This document shows positions 13,590-26,688 of a stretch of 64,000 nucleotides of DNA, piece by piece. The notes beneath the pieces are model-generated. The model saw nothing but the letters and a program-made list of their open reading frames with translations. It did not search any database and had not been told where the DNA came from. The stretch's first letter is position 1. Every line of letters begins with the position of its first letter. This DNA comes from Paramecium tetraurelia (lineage: Eukaryota): positions 372,001 through 436,000 of the forward strand of contig CT868352.1 in NCBI GenBank assembly GCA_000165425.1, in the 5' to 3' direction. The position numbers were made by a program, and so were the translations under genes.

Positions 13590-14426
13590 ATGATTGAGAG
13601 TTAAAAACTTTGTATCAGAAAATATCCATTATAGAATATCCATAAAATGATTTCTTTGAGATATAAGATTAAAAGGTGAGAGTAATAAAAAAGGTTTCAG
13701 TTGTAAGATGGTCTCTGGCTTATCTGATGACATACCTAAACACTTACAGATGTACTATAAGAAAAGACATTTCTTTTTTAAAAAGTTTAATGAGATTATA
13801 CTTTTATACGAAGAATCTTGGTATTCTGTAATACCTGAGGTTTGAGTTGACTATCATTTTAAGGTGATGAGTTCTTACATTGCAAATAAATTAAAAATAA
13901 GTTCTTCAGAATCGGATGTAGTGGATGGTTTCTGTGGGTCAGGAGGAATAGCCATTTGATTAGCTTAATTATTTAAGACAGTTATTTGCATAGATATTGA
14001 TGTGTATTAATTGTACTATTCATACAGAAAGATAACAATATCATGAAAAAACTTACAAGTATCAATCTATTGCCAGAGTAATTTAAATGAACTTTCTTAA
14101 GTATTCTCACAATAACCAAGACTTTATTCTTGTTATGTGTCCATCCTGGTAGTAATTGTTCTAACTCTATCGGGGAGGTCTCAATTACTTGCATAAATTA
14201 TATGATTTAAACAACATGAAGCCACTTAATAAGAGTTATTACCCAAAGGTCTACAAATGACTGATAAAATAATTCTGCAGCTGCCAAAAATATTGATCTT
14301 ATACAATTAGTTAATATATTTAAGATTGTTACAGATAAACTTAGACTAAAACTCTAATCCTTAGATGTTGAAATGATATTCATAAATGAGTAAATAAATT
14401 AATTAATTATTTACTATGGGTTATGA
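13590..14426 (+). pseudogene. TGS1: Trimethylguanosine synthase (TGS1)-like pseudogene
   Basis: YYKKRHFFFKKF..EESWYSVIPE, VVDGFCGSGGIAI*LA (in-frame TGA at 13957-13959), ICIDID, CPSW/GG and C-terminal LIIYYGL. An intron-like segment 14149-14172 ends in CG rather than AG, and frameshifts are needed downstream. The 5' limit is uncertain. Confidence 0.75.
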
Positions 14427-15842
14427 GATATATTTTACATTTCTACTCAATATCACATTGAGCCTTTATATAAATTATGTTGTCACAGTCCCTTACATGG
14501 TAATATGCTAATTAACTCCCTTTATAGGATGAAGAATTTCATTTGGATCAAATGCAACATTATTTAGACTCCGATTTTGCTTATTGGAATCCGAAATTGA
14601 CAACTCCGCCTATGCTTTACTTTCTTAATTACCCCTTTATTGTGTTACTCTCCAAAATGGGTTTAAGCACACTCATGGCTTGCAGAATAATCAACACGTA
14701 TATATATATTTAATTATAGTTTTATATATCCCTCTATTACATTTTTAGTTTTATCGAAATCCTTTTAAAATACAGAAAAGGCTTTACTATTTTCAATTCT
14801 CCCGACAATTTATTTTTATAACTTTCTGTTTTACACAGATACCTTATCAATCACATTGTTATCCTTATCTTTTCAATTATTGCAGTCAAAGTATTATTTC
14901 ATCTCTTCAATTGTAAATATGATCTAATTATTCATAGTTTTCATTATGCTCCGTGATGAGTAGATAAACAAACATACTGTGGATAGTTTACTTCTGCATT
15001 AAAGACTACCTGGATCAAAACTAAGCCAAATTATAATTCAAAGATCCCAGATTATGTATTTATTGAATATCCAGCTTAGCTATTCTATTTCATGTTAATG
15101 CTTTGTTAAACATGATTTTGAGTGACATAAAAGGCATTGTAAGAAAATACAAATATCACATATTCATTTTAATCCTATTCATTGGATTCCTGTATACAAA
15201 TGGTGGAGTTGTGTTAGGAGATAAGGATAATCATAAATTTGTTTTCCATGCTGCTCAGATCATGTACTTTTTACCAGTTCTGTTTATCTATTTTCCAATA
15301 AACTGGAATACGCTATTTTAATACACCTAATTATCCATTAAGAGATTACTCTTGTCTAGAAATGCCAAATTCACTTATTTGATTATTTTGATAATATGTT
15401 TGGAGATCGTTCATAATTGGACCTACATCCATCCATTTATTTTAAGTGATAATCGCCATTATGTGTTCTATATTTGGAGAAAGATCCTCTCCAAAGATGT
15501 ATATCGTTACTGCTTGTGCTTCTTTTATGCTTTGATAATTGTGATTCTAAGCAGGATTTTAATCAGTAATTAAGTAATACTAATTTGATAGTTCGTAAAG
15601 AATAGACTTTCTAATTAATTTTACTCTTCATATTCACAACGCTATCTCTCATATTCAGCCCTTTGATTGAGCCAAGATATTTCAGCATTCCCTTATTGTT
15701 CTTCTATTACCATTGTTAATTTGCAGAATAAACTCTGAAGAAACAAATCACAGTCTTTACTCTAATGAATTGCATTATTGTTTATGTATTTTGCGAAGTT
15801 AAGTTTTCTTGCGATTTCCCCCAATGTAGATTTATGTTTTGA
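14416..15842 (+). CDS. ALG10: Alpha-1,2-glucosyltransferase ALG10/DIE2
   Basis: VPYMDEEFH..Q..Y..WNPKLTTPP, FLFYTD, SRQTNILW, NGGVVLGDKDNH, HPFILSDNRHYVFYIWRK, PLIEPRYF and terminal RFMF. Multi-pass hydrophobic protein. Confidence 0.92.
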
Positions 15843-15918
15843 TGTGTATGATTAATAATTAATATTCAAAATAATCAATCGTATTTATTTGTATACAAAT
15901 ATACATATATTACAAAAA

Positions 15919-18900
15919 TCAAGTTAATAGCTCTAAATTGTGTTATTTCCCAAATTGTTTTGTCTTCTCCTAAACATCATTGCTTTGTGCTTGAATTAAT
16001 TAATAATATTTACCTTTCAAAATATCTTAGAAATACTAGTTTTGACAAACACACTAAAATGACAAACTGACATTCTCCTAAAGAGGACTCTTATTTTACT
16101 TTAAATTTGCCAAGATCTCACCGAACTTCTTCAGAATATCCAACCATAATTAGAGTGAAAATCTGTCCTTTTGAATCCAGTTGAAGTACATCTTCTAAAG
16201 ATTTTGTGAATAATTGACCAGCATTTGATCATTATTTGTTTAGAGAATCTATTGTTATCTAGAAGTAACTTAATTGAAGAGAATAGAAAATTCTTTTTCT
16301 TTTAAATCAATGTATTTGTAATTCAAGATAACCTACATCATGATTTATATGATCTTTTGCAGATGTTCATTTGACAGATTCAGTGCCAATGATAAAAGAT
16401 CATTCAGAAATGCATTATCCTATTCATGAATATATTTTTCATAAGTAGTCATTATTTGTAAGGTGTGTTTGGCAATGAAACCGTCTACGGATGACACACT
16501 TCTGAGTTGTCTCTATTTAAGCAGAGTGTTTAATATTTCTAAGTGTTTTCTTAGAATTTGGACCAATTCTTTTTCAGATTGATATCGCTGAATCTACTCA
16601 AAAATATCTTAAATCAAATTCATTATGATTTGAGCGTCAGTTTAATCCAAGGTCTTCTTCTCCAATTCAGTAAATATGGTCAACAATAGTTGTACTATAT
16701 TGTTAAGAAAAATGATAGAAAAGTCTAATTCACTATTTTGTTTCAAAAACTTCTGTATTTCAATTAAAAACTCTTACAAGATTTCAAGAGACTGATCACC
16801 CAAATATTCCAATCCCTATTTAAAACAATCATAATAGTTTTCTAAACTTTCTCCCTAATGCAGAAATTCTATCACTAATTTTAATAATGTGTAACCACAA
16901 TAAGAGGATAATAACTACTTTATTGAATTCTTCTTTATGCTCTCGAATTTCTGTTTTTAAGTTAGAATGTTGACAACAGTAGGCCAAAACTATAGTAGTC
17001 TATCAGTATTGACTCTCAAGATTTCAACTGATATAAAAATGATTTAAGCAAATTTGATGTATTCTTTTTTGAAATCAGTGATATTTTAAATAGAATCCAA
17101 CAAAAGACCTAAAAATTCATTCAATCTTTCTTTGTCTAAAAATTTGGTTTAATTTATTAGATTTGATAGTAAAAAGGGAGATTTGATCCCAATTAATGGT
17201 TGTTACTCCTCCTATTTAGGCAATTGATTCAATAAGTCATCTTCACTTTCCTCGTCAGTGGTTTATCTTAAAAACTAAGTGAAGAGCTAAATCACTCCTT
17301 CATTAGAGCCCATCTTCTTCTTTGTAAATTTATTATTTAACTTGATCCTACTCAGAACATTCCTACAATCTTTGCTGATGTTATCAGTGGCTAATTGATG
17401 TCTTTGCATAATAGTATTATTGATTAAAGATATGATGGGTTAGAACTATTATGTATAAGGTAACAATTGTTCAGCAATGTAGAATCCAGCATAAATTGAC
17501 ATATCATACTAATCATTGCTCATTTTCATTACACTAATAAGAATTTATTAGGCATTGTCCAACTTATCATTGCTAATACAGATATCAATAACTTATTATA
17601 AAAAAGAAGTCAATTCCTGAACATCTTAAGTTTATGCTATAAGTTCTTCTATATTATGAACCATGGCAGTTAAGATTAAATCCCCATAATGCTCTTCATC
17701 TGTTTAGATTTCAAAGTATTCATTCATGCTTTAATAAATTTATTTGGCCTCAGATTTTGTGTCTAAATATTTATCCCAAACAAATTAACTTAGATCATCT
17801 GTAGTGGCAAAATCTCTGATGCACTTAATTTCATCTTGTTGGATATTGTTATAATCAGCAACTAGAACATCATTAGGAAGACTTTCGCCATTATTTATTG
17901 TTTTACATGTCTTTTTGAAATCATCTAATGACATATGTTTGGTCACAGTTTTATTAAAGAGATCAGTATTAAGTAATAGAATAGCATAGGTGTAAGTAAA
18001 TAGATAATCAGGATGTTTAAAATAAGTACTGTCCTTATTCTACTCAAAATATCTAATGGTAAATGAATTCAAGACTCTTTCGATCATTTAACTTTCTCCA
18101 AATAACAAAAAGTTAGATGTCAAAAATCTTAATCCTTCAACTAAACTCAATTACGAGTAATCAAATGTGTTTACGTATTTCTCCATTATCGTAACACACT
18201 CTTCCTTGTGACATCCTAATATTTCAATCATCAATTTTTCATTATATAGATTACAATACTTAAGAAAATTAACAACCTATTCATGTGGAATTCCTTTTAT
18301 TGTATTTCTGGGTTCATTTGTAAAATCTGTCACAAATTTAATCAATTTTGTGGTTTCTTATTAGCTCTTCTTCGTTAAACTAGATTTGAATAATTACACC
18401 TATAATTCATAAATTTATTTTTGTAACATTCTGCCATCATCACATTATAATCGTTTTGATACTCTGCTTAATTCAAATATCTTCTATACAACTTCCTGAA
18501 ATACTGGCTTTTAGAATGGATTCATATCGCATTTCTTGAAAATGAACTTTATTTTGTCTTTACTACTAAACAACTCTATTAGAAATTTGACAAAAAAGTG
18601 AGTGTCTATTTCACATTGTTATGCCATATCAGTAATGGACATATTGGATAACCTTGTCAAATGATTTGATATTCCCTTTAACACAATCTATCCAAATAGA
18701 GTTCGGGTTTCAAATAAATCATCTCCCAATTTCTCTTGCATATTCAAATTCAACACAAATAACAATGCCTAATTCAAATAATTCCATATCACTGGGTGAT
18801 CAAATTTCACTAATTATAACAACATTGGTATGTAATATTGGATTATAAATTACTAAGGCTTCCTTAATTATAAGATAAATATCATAATTGAATAAGGGTA

Positions 18901-19467
18901 CTCTATGAGTTTTACAGTTTCATTATTTCTATTTGCAATCTACTATAGAACTTCATTCCTTAAATCAAGCAATGCGGCTATCAGCAATTCTTCATTGCAT
19001 GTCTAACTCATTCTTTTTAATCCTTAACTCAATGAATCTCTCGCCAATTCTCGTATTAATAGGTTGGGCACACTTGACTCTATTTGCCTATTCATTTTTA
19101 TCAGACTATTCATTATTGGAACATCTAGTTCTGGATGCTCGAATGCATTTCTTATAAACTTTCAATAATGTATATATTTCATTACTTTTAGTTTCTTTTC
19201 CAACAACAATTGATTCACTGAAGTTATCTTCTATACTGCATCTACCATCTTCTCTAACACTTGTTTTCCTTCTAAATAAGTGATTTTAGAATAAAAATTT
19301 ATTAAAGCTATTGAAACTTACTCATCAGAGTCTTCATACATCAAAAGTCCATTTAAAGTGCCTGAAGTGAAGATTTAACCGAAAGACCCTACTGCTAATT
19401 GATTCGACTTCTTGTAATCTCTTATACGAAGCAAAATGCTCTAGACTTCGAATTACACGTTGTCCAT
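15919..19467 (-). CDS. Large Sec7-domain ARF guanine-nucleotide exchange factor (GBF1/BIG-like)
   Basis: Sec7 motifs GLRFLTSNFLLFGESQMIERVL and YTYAILLLNTDLFN..MSLDDFKK near 17900-18150, inside a long helical-repeat ORF. Confidence 0.85.
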
Positions 19468-20700
19468 TTTTAATTAATTAATTCAATAATGCTAATTCAC
19501 ATTCCAAACAATAAATCATTCAATCTAATCCAGCCTTAGAACACGTCGGCTCTCTATTAATATTTTATATCTTCACCATCTATCAAATATTCTAGTCTTG
19601 AATGTACATCTCCATCTTAACTTCAATACTTACTAACTTATATCAGTAAAATGAAGCATGAATCTTTAAAAGTTTAAATGAAAATAAGGATGTAGATGTA
19701 TTTAAAATAATGTTAATTTTAATACATTATTTAGAATTTAGATAACAATATATAATTTTTTACTGTCTTCTCTGCTTACAAACATATATTTTATAGATAA
19801 TAATATAATATTAATCTATTATTATTGAAACTGAAAATTATGCACTATTAAGTATCTAATATTGTTTGCACAATGATTAAACTCAAATCAGGAAAAAATT
19901 ATTTCATAAGTAGTAATTATTATATATTCGCACAGAATTAGTTCAGCATCTCATAATACAATAAACTTGTTTTTAATCAATAGAAATTGTAATTATTTAG
20001 TTTATAACTGTCAATTGGGTATTCAAGAAAGTCTAGCCGATAAAATCAAGATAATTAGAAAATAATATTCTTTTAGACATGCAAGAAATGGGATATATAT
20101 TAATCTTTTGCGGTCTCTTACAAATATCGATTGCCTTTTCACTATCTGTAATTTAGTTTTGATTTATAATCTTTATATTCAAAGTTTAAATTAAATTTAC
20201 TTTAAAGTTCAAAGTGTTTCTTTTGAATGCTGGAACTATCTTAAGAAATTCATAATAGAGCAATTTATAAATTATGGTGCTTAAAAAAACTATGTAATTT
20301 CATTTTATTTTAAAAAACAATGTTAGTTTTAGAACTCTTTAATTAATTAATTAATAAACATAATTCTTATAGGAAATGTAAGCTTGTGCAAATTAAAATA
20401 TAGAAATTTAAAAGTCTTTTCATCTATCACGAATTAAGTATTATCCTATTATCACTTTTAACTTGCTTAATTTACTGCAAGAAAGAATGACCAATTTACT
20501 ATAATACCAATTATATTACTTAATGAATTTAAATTTTGCTGATTGCATTGGTGACAACATTTAGAGGAAATCTATCTGGGATGTTTATTATAATGTGAAT
20601 CAGTTATAAAAAAATCATATTAGTATTCTTATTATTAAACAATAAGAAATTTCATTAAATACATAATCATTAAATCTTTTTTTTACAACATAGAAACAAA

Positions 20701-21461
20701 ATGATAAATATGAAACCATAATAGAAGTAAAAGTATCAATCTGTGAATTCAGAGGAAAGACTAAAAATAATAAAATATTTTATTGAAGGATCACTATCAG
20801 CATCCTAGGTATAATTTTAAATGAATATTCGAAGATTGCTTAAATCACAGGGTACAACCTCTCAACAATAAAGGCAATTTTTCGTGTTTATAGAAATGAA
20901 GGAAGAATAGACAAAAAATAAAAAAGAGATAGAGAACTCCATGCCTAAAAAAATGTAGCAGTATTTATAGTGGATGAGGAGTATGCACATTATTCATTAT
21001 TATTTAGGACAAGATATTTAAAGTTTATCATCAAATAACAGACGAAGAAGGAGGTCATTTTAAGAAGTCACGAAAAATATATGGAAACCTCAAATGATAT
21101 AGTCAATATAACTTTACAGAAGGCATAAAATGAAATAAGAAACAATTTGAGCAATTTGCAATCAAAAAGGAATTTTGACGAATCTTTGGAAAGCATATTG
21201 AAGAATGGGATTAAAGAAAAAGAAATTATCAATATACCCTAAAGAAGGAATTACTAATTTGAGCCTAATTCTTATATTGATGTGAAAACTATTTCAAATT
21301 TATTTAAATAAAGAGAAAACTTGCCATTAAAAAAAACGTGCACATAGACTTCTTAAAATTTTGGGATGCATTAGGAATAGCAATTATCTGATGTCAAACG
21401 AATTTTTGAGTTTTAAGTAGAAGAATATTTAAGAAAATCTTAATAAGAGAATTTAAAATGA
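20701..21461 (+). CDS. Helix-turn-helix DNA-binding-like protein (transposase-type HTH, no DDE domain)
   Basis: YQSVNSEERLKIIKYFIEGSLSASQIAQITGYNLSTIKAIFRVYRNEGRIDKK. Two tiny introns (~20809-20834 and ~20981-21007). Confidence 0.7.
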
Positions 21462-21698
21462 TTTTATAGTATTAATAAATAATTTATATATTTATTGTTA
21501 ATAATCTCAAATTCTAAGTCATATATTACATTTATTAAGTTAATATTATTATACATGCTATTTTGCACTAAATAAGTTACATAAACTAATATGGCGTCTA
21601 GCCTCATGAGATAATAAATTAATTTAATGACCTTAATTTATAACTGTTTTTCAAATATTAATATATTATTGGCATTAAAATAATAATTTAAACTAATT

Positions 21699-22567
21699 TC
21701 ATTTGATGTTTTATTTAAAATATTCAATAATTTGCTCCTCTATTTCATCCTTATTTCTTTCCATCTTGACAAACTCTCCCTTATTATAAATAACAATTTG
21801 ATCTCTTCTATTTTGCAATAAATTTCCTATACACTAAAAACTCAATAAAACTTCATACATATTCTAAATTGTATTTCTTCATAGACTCTTAAATTTTCTT
21901 ATATAGAATATCATCATCAGTTTCTAATTTAAATGAAATTATTATAGCTTCCTGATAAATTTCTCTTATCAAGCCCAAAATTTTAGGAACTGGCATTAAC
22001 TCTAATTCTAGTTTGTCTTAAGCTTAGATCTTATGTTATGCCATCATGTTTTTTGGAATGTAATAATCACTGACGGCACTGGCTAAATAAACTAGTATGT
22101 TCAATTTCAATTCTTTGAAGATTTCCATAGCTTTTATAACAAAATACAAGTATTCCATTACAGAAACATAAGATACTTCGTAGAGCTTAGTTCTATCAAC
22201 TTGTTAAAGTTACTTAAGTTTTTCTAGTTCCTCTCTTAAAGATTTAATGATTGTATAAATACTGATCAGCATTAATAAGTTTTTAGACATTTAAATGCCT
22301 TGCAAATGGTCTTAAGCATTTGTCTCTGTAATAGTATATGACAACGAAGCCTTCTCTCAAGAAGTATTCAGCAGAGGCTGCTCCTCTCAATCCAGATGAG
22401 AAGTTTTCGATAGATCTTACAGTGTTCTATTCCAGAGGAACTGAGGTTCCACCTGATGTAAGAAATACTACTTTCTAGTTCACATGGTTAAGGAGAAAGT
22501 CCTTCAATTTGGATACTTGTTAAAGAATTGGTTGTTTGTCGACTTATTGTTCTATAAGATTGATCAT
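21699..22567 (-). CDS. PPCS: Phosphopantothenate--cysteine ligase
   Basis: [47 protein letters not shown] and IISFKLETD. Confidence 0.92.
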
Positions 22568-22611
22568 AATTAAAAGTTAATGTACTTATGTGTATAATAT
22601 TTTTGTATTTT

Positions 22612-23159
22612 TCATTTTTCAACTTTAAGTTCTCCAGAATTGATTTTTCCGATGATTGCCTTGACTGGTTAACCATCAACTGTAGCTCCCAAGGATTATG
22701 CAGTTCCTAAGACTTATTTGACAGTTCCGGTGAAGGTTTTGGCTAAAGACTTTTCTTCAACAGCTCTGGCAACTTTGATGACTTATTCAAGAGTCAAATT
22801 TCCATTGTGTTTAACATTCTTGGTCTTCTTTCTATCTCTTTCGTATCCCTATAATAGATAAATTGGATGATTTACTCCGATTTCCTTAATGAGTAATGCA
22901 CTTGATGTTGGAATGACTGTGACATCAGCATTTCTGTTTTAACATCTCAAATTAACCATAACTCTGATACCCTTCCATTTTACCACTTTCAGCAATAATC
23001 TTATCACCAACTTATTTTGGATTCTGTTTGATAAGCAATAATAATTACAAGACCAAGGGGTCCCAACTTGGGAGCGAGTGTGGATGCAGGACCACCTTCT
23101 CCTCCGAAAACTTTAATGTTGATCAATCTGACTTCATTTGGGTCGACTTTGGGAGGCAT
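22612..23159 (-). CDS. RPL12: 60S ribosomal protein L12 (uL11)
   Basis: [53 protein letters not shown] and [14 protein letters not shown]. Two tiny introns. Confidence 0.97.
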
Positions 23160-23216
23160 TAAAAAAGATTTAAATTTTTTTAATTCTTTATTAAATCTCA
23201 ATATAAAACACAAGAA

Positions 23217-24135
23217 TCAAGCATTCTTTCTGAAGTTTGCACTAACAACTGATGGAGGCCAGAACTCAACTCTATTTCTTTATGTTCCTCCAAACCTCTC
23301 CTCAATTTACTCTTAATTCACAGATTAAAACAATTATTTAACCTAAGTAAATACTATTTTCATACATCTCCCTTGACAAATATTATTTTTTATTAGGTTA
23401 TCTCCTCCAAAAATAACTTAGCCATATTCCAAGTCACATTTAACATCATAGTTGTATTAAAAATAAACATTTTATACAATCTAGATCTATAGTTATTTTA
23501 AAGATATGACATCACTTATTTTAAGGCCTTGAAATATTACGAATTGTTTTACATTAATTTAAAGTCCAATCATACCTTTGTAATCGAGATCAATTAAGAT
23601 GACCCAATTTTCAACTCTGCCTGGTACCATCATATCATTAACGACTACTTGTAAGAAATAAGTCAATCCCTTTAAATATTATTCAAGACTCATTTCATTA
23701 AAATTAACTTTATATGCGTTGAGTACAATAATAGGTCTATAGGAATGATCTCTTCCCTATATGTAAATAATTCCAGCTTTCTAATTATTATTATGATTAA
23801 AAACATACTAGAAATTATTCGACTTGTTAATCGAAACTGATTGGTAAGGTTTTCACCCATTCTTCATATTACTACATGGTTTAAATTGTTTAATCCTTCT
23901 TAAAATTGTTAGCTTATAAGAATCTTAAAATTTATGGTCTTGTCCAAATGGGATTTTGGAAAGGGCCTGCTTCTTCAAGAAATTTATTTATGGCTGCATT
24001 ATCTTATTCATCAAGTTCTCCTTCAAATAATCTTCTAATAGTATATTTTCCAATTTTGGCTTTTTTCTCATCAGCAGTTGGTTCATAAGTGAGAATTTCC
24101 TGATTAGGTTTAATTGAAGGATAAGATTGATCCAT
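23217..24135 (-). CDS. CRAL-TRIO/Sec14-like lipid-binding protein
   Basis: KILRFLQANNF (CRAL-TRIO N-term), IYIQGRDHSYRPIIVLN, MVPGRVENWVILID and QIEERFGGT. Confidence 0.8.
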
Positions 24136-24266
24136 AATATTATTAATAATTATTAAAATAATACATTCGTACCAATTAATATAGGAATAGAGTTCTAAAT
24201 AAACAACCATGAGACTGTTTGACATTTATTCTAAGATGAGGAAATCATTATATAAATAAATTAATA

Positions 24267-25168
24267 TCAGACTTTTTATTATCTAGGTTCATTTCTGATA
24301 AGAAGTTGTTATTATTGATTAGAATACCTGCTACTGTTTTTCTGTTTCCCATAAAAGTATAACTGCTATGTACTCATCAGCAATTCCATTAATTTTTCTC
24401 TATTAGAATGTTTCTTGAGTAAGTCTGATGCTTTTTTCCCCTTCAATGATTACAATTCTTTTTAAGCCTCATTATATAAGCGACATAAAATACTCCATTT
24501 TCAATCAGGAACTTGATGATCTAATAGTTAATGTCAGCCTCTTTTTAATTCAATTCCATTCTAATCGAACATAACTGCATTAAAAGATTGAATCCATGTG
24601 TCTTATCAACAATCCAATTTATGTCTGCTCCATAATGAAGTAAAAGTTCTGCCATTTTGAAACAAATTTTTCTATTTTCAAATACATTTTTTTCCTTTTG
24701 AAATATAAGATAATATGTTAAAATACTTCTTCTAATCGTGCAAAACACATTATAAAAGCGGTTTAATTAAATGTATTTGGCTTATTAACTTCAGCTCCAG
24801 CATCAAGGAGTATTTTAAGGATTTCATAATTTCCTGTCATTGCTGCAATTGATAATGGAGTTTATCCTGAATCCAGACTTGCTAAATCAACATCAACTTG
24901 CGTATTCGAAAGCAACAATTTCACTATTTCAAGTCTTCCCAAGTAACATGCACAAATCAAAGGAGATATTTTCTAATCTACTTCAATCTCACTAAATGAT
25001 TCCAAAAAATTAATATTCCCTATTGAAACTTAAACATCAATACCTTTATTTATACCGAACTCTTTAAGAGTATCGTAATCATTCTAATGGATCATATGCA
25101 GAATTAATTGCTTATTTAAATTTAAAACATACTTGTTCTGATAAGCTTTTTTCTTCTGCTTAAAACAT
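24267..25168 (-). CDS. Ankyrin-repeat protein
   Basis: SPLICACYLGRLEIVKLLL, TPLSIAAMTGNYEILKILLDAGAEVN and LLLHYGADIN. Both ends approximate. Confidence 0.8.
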
Positions 25169-25453
25169 AAATTACTTTAAAATATGTAAAAAAAAAACTA
25201 ATGATTGAATATGAGCATATAGTATATATTAAAAATACTAACATATTTAACTTGAATGCAAGAGACAACGATTAATTTTCAACTAATATATAATTTCTGT
25301 TTATTTTTCACCCTCTTGTCATATTTTATTTGAATCATAAAAGAGTATTTAAATTATAATTTGACATTATTTTTGATATATTTTATATAAAAATTGTGGC
25401 TTTCTACAATTTATCATTCATTTTAATATATAATAGATATATATTTCAGCGAT

Positions 25454-25884
25454 TCATTATTAGGCCTCATTTTTAACTTTTTATAAGTTATTAGCATCGA
25501 TTTCTGGGTATTGAAATGGGTTTTACAATTTCAATCCTCTTTAATCTAATTCATTAACTATGTCATTAGTAGTTAATTATAACTTTTCATCAGGGTCTTT
25601 TTCTTTTTTTCTCATTCTATCTTAGATTAATTTTTAAACCATGGAATCTGTCATTTCGATCATCCATTTATCAGTGAGATGAGCTTTAATTTAAGAGCAC
25701 TCAAACCTATTAGCTTATGGCAATTTTAATCATTTGTCTAAAATCCGCTGGCTTCTAAAATTTCCTATATCAGAAATTCAGACATATTTGGTTTTTTAGA
25801 GATTGTTTAATGAATCAGATTATCTACGGATCCAGTAAATTGTGTTTTCTTTGAAGGTGGGACATCTGATTATTATTAATTCAT
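25454..25884 (-). CDS. TAF10: TFIID subunit 10-like histone-fold protein
   Basis: PNMSEFLIQEILEASGFQTND..KLIAHLTDKWM..D and LQLTTNDIVNELDQRGLKLQNP match the TAF10 fold pattern. One 23-nt intron. Confidence 0.72.
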
Positions 25885-25893
25885 AATAATATT

Positions 25894-26609
25894 ATGGAAT
25901 TTTAAGAAATATTGGATGGTTTTCAACTGATATGCAATGAATTATAGGGTACTTAGAATTACAAAAACGTAATGGAATTGTATAACAGATCTGCCAATTT
26001 GTAGGATCTATTTGAAAATGGGTTGATAATAGAGGGTACACAATATGATTTTGATTTGTCCGGTCACATAGATGTAAAATTGTCAGATTGAGTTTCTAGG
26101 CAACTAAATTAAACTTAGACAAATTTGTTTAGAATGTTTTGGATTCAGATGCTGTAGTCTAAGGACATAGAAAAATAACGAGTGCTTTTGCTACTTTGAA
26201 AAAAAGATTGGCTTAACAAGAAGAGTAACAAAAAGCAGTTCTAATGACGAATTCTTAGGTTATTGCACCCAATCCAATTTAATAATAAACACGCAATAAA
26301 GCTAAGTTATTTGACACATAGTTAAGTAGTGAAAATCTTGATGATGAATTGCAAGAGGAAATATTCAATATTACAAAGAGAATGAAAGGAATGGCTGTGA
26401 ATATTTCAGAACAATTAAAATTTGACAACAAAGTTATCGATAAAATACTCCATAAACAAGATGCAAATAAAACCAAATTGAATTTAGAAGAAAATAAATT
26501 AACCAATTTTATGAAATCAAAAAGTTTAAGCTGTTCCACACTATTTTTGATGCTTACTACTTCCATTTTTTCCTTTATATTTGCCATCATCTTCATTAGA
26601 ATATCATGA
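25894..26609 (+). CDS. USE1: USE1-like Qc-SNARE (tail-anchored)
   Basis: C-terminal LQEEIFNITKRMKGMA..LKFDNKVIDK..DANKTKLNLEENKL heptads followed by a terminal TM helix. Confidence 0.72.
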
Positions 26610-26688
26610 ATGCTTATAAATTATAGAATTATTTCTAATAACAACCTTATTTGATTAAATTTATTTACATAATTAATAATTTAACGGA

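Noticed and set aside
13957..13959. In-frame TGA in TGS1 as selenocysteine or programmed readthrough
   Set aside because: The position corresponds to Gln rather than Cys, and independent splice and frameshift lesions point to a pseudogene.
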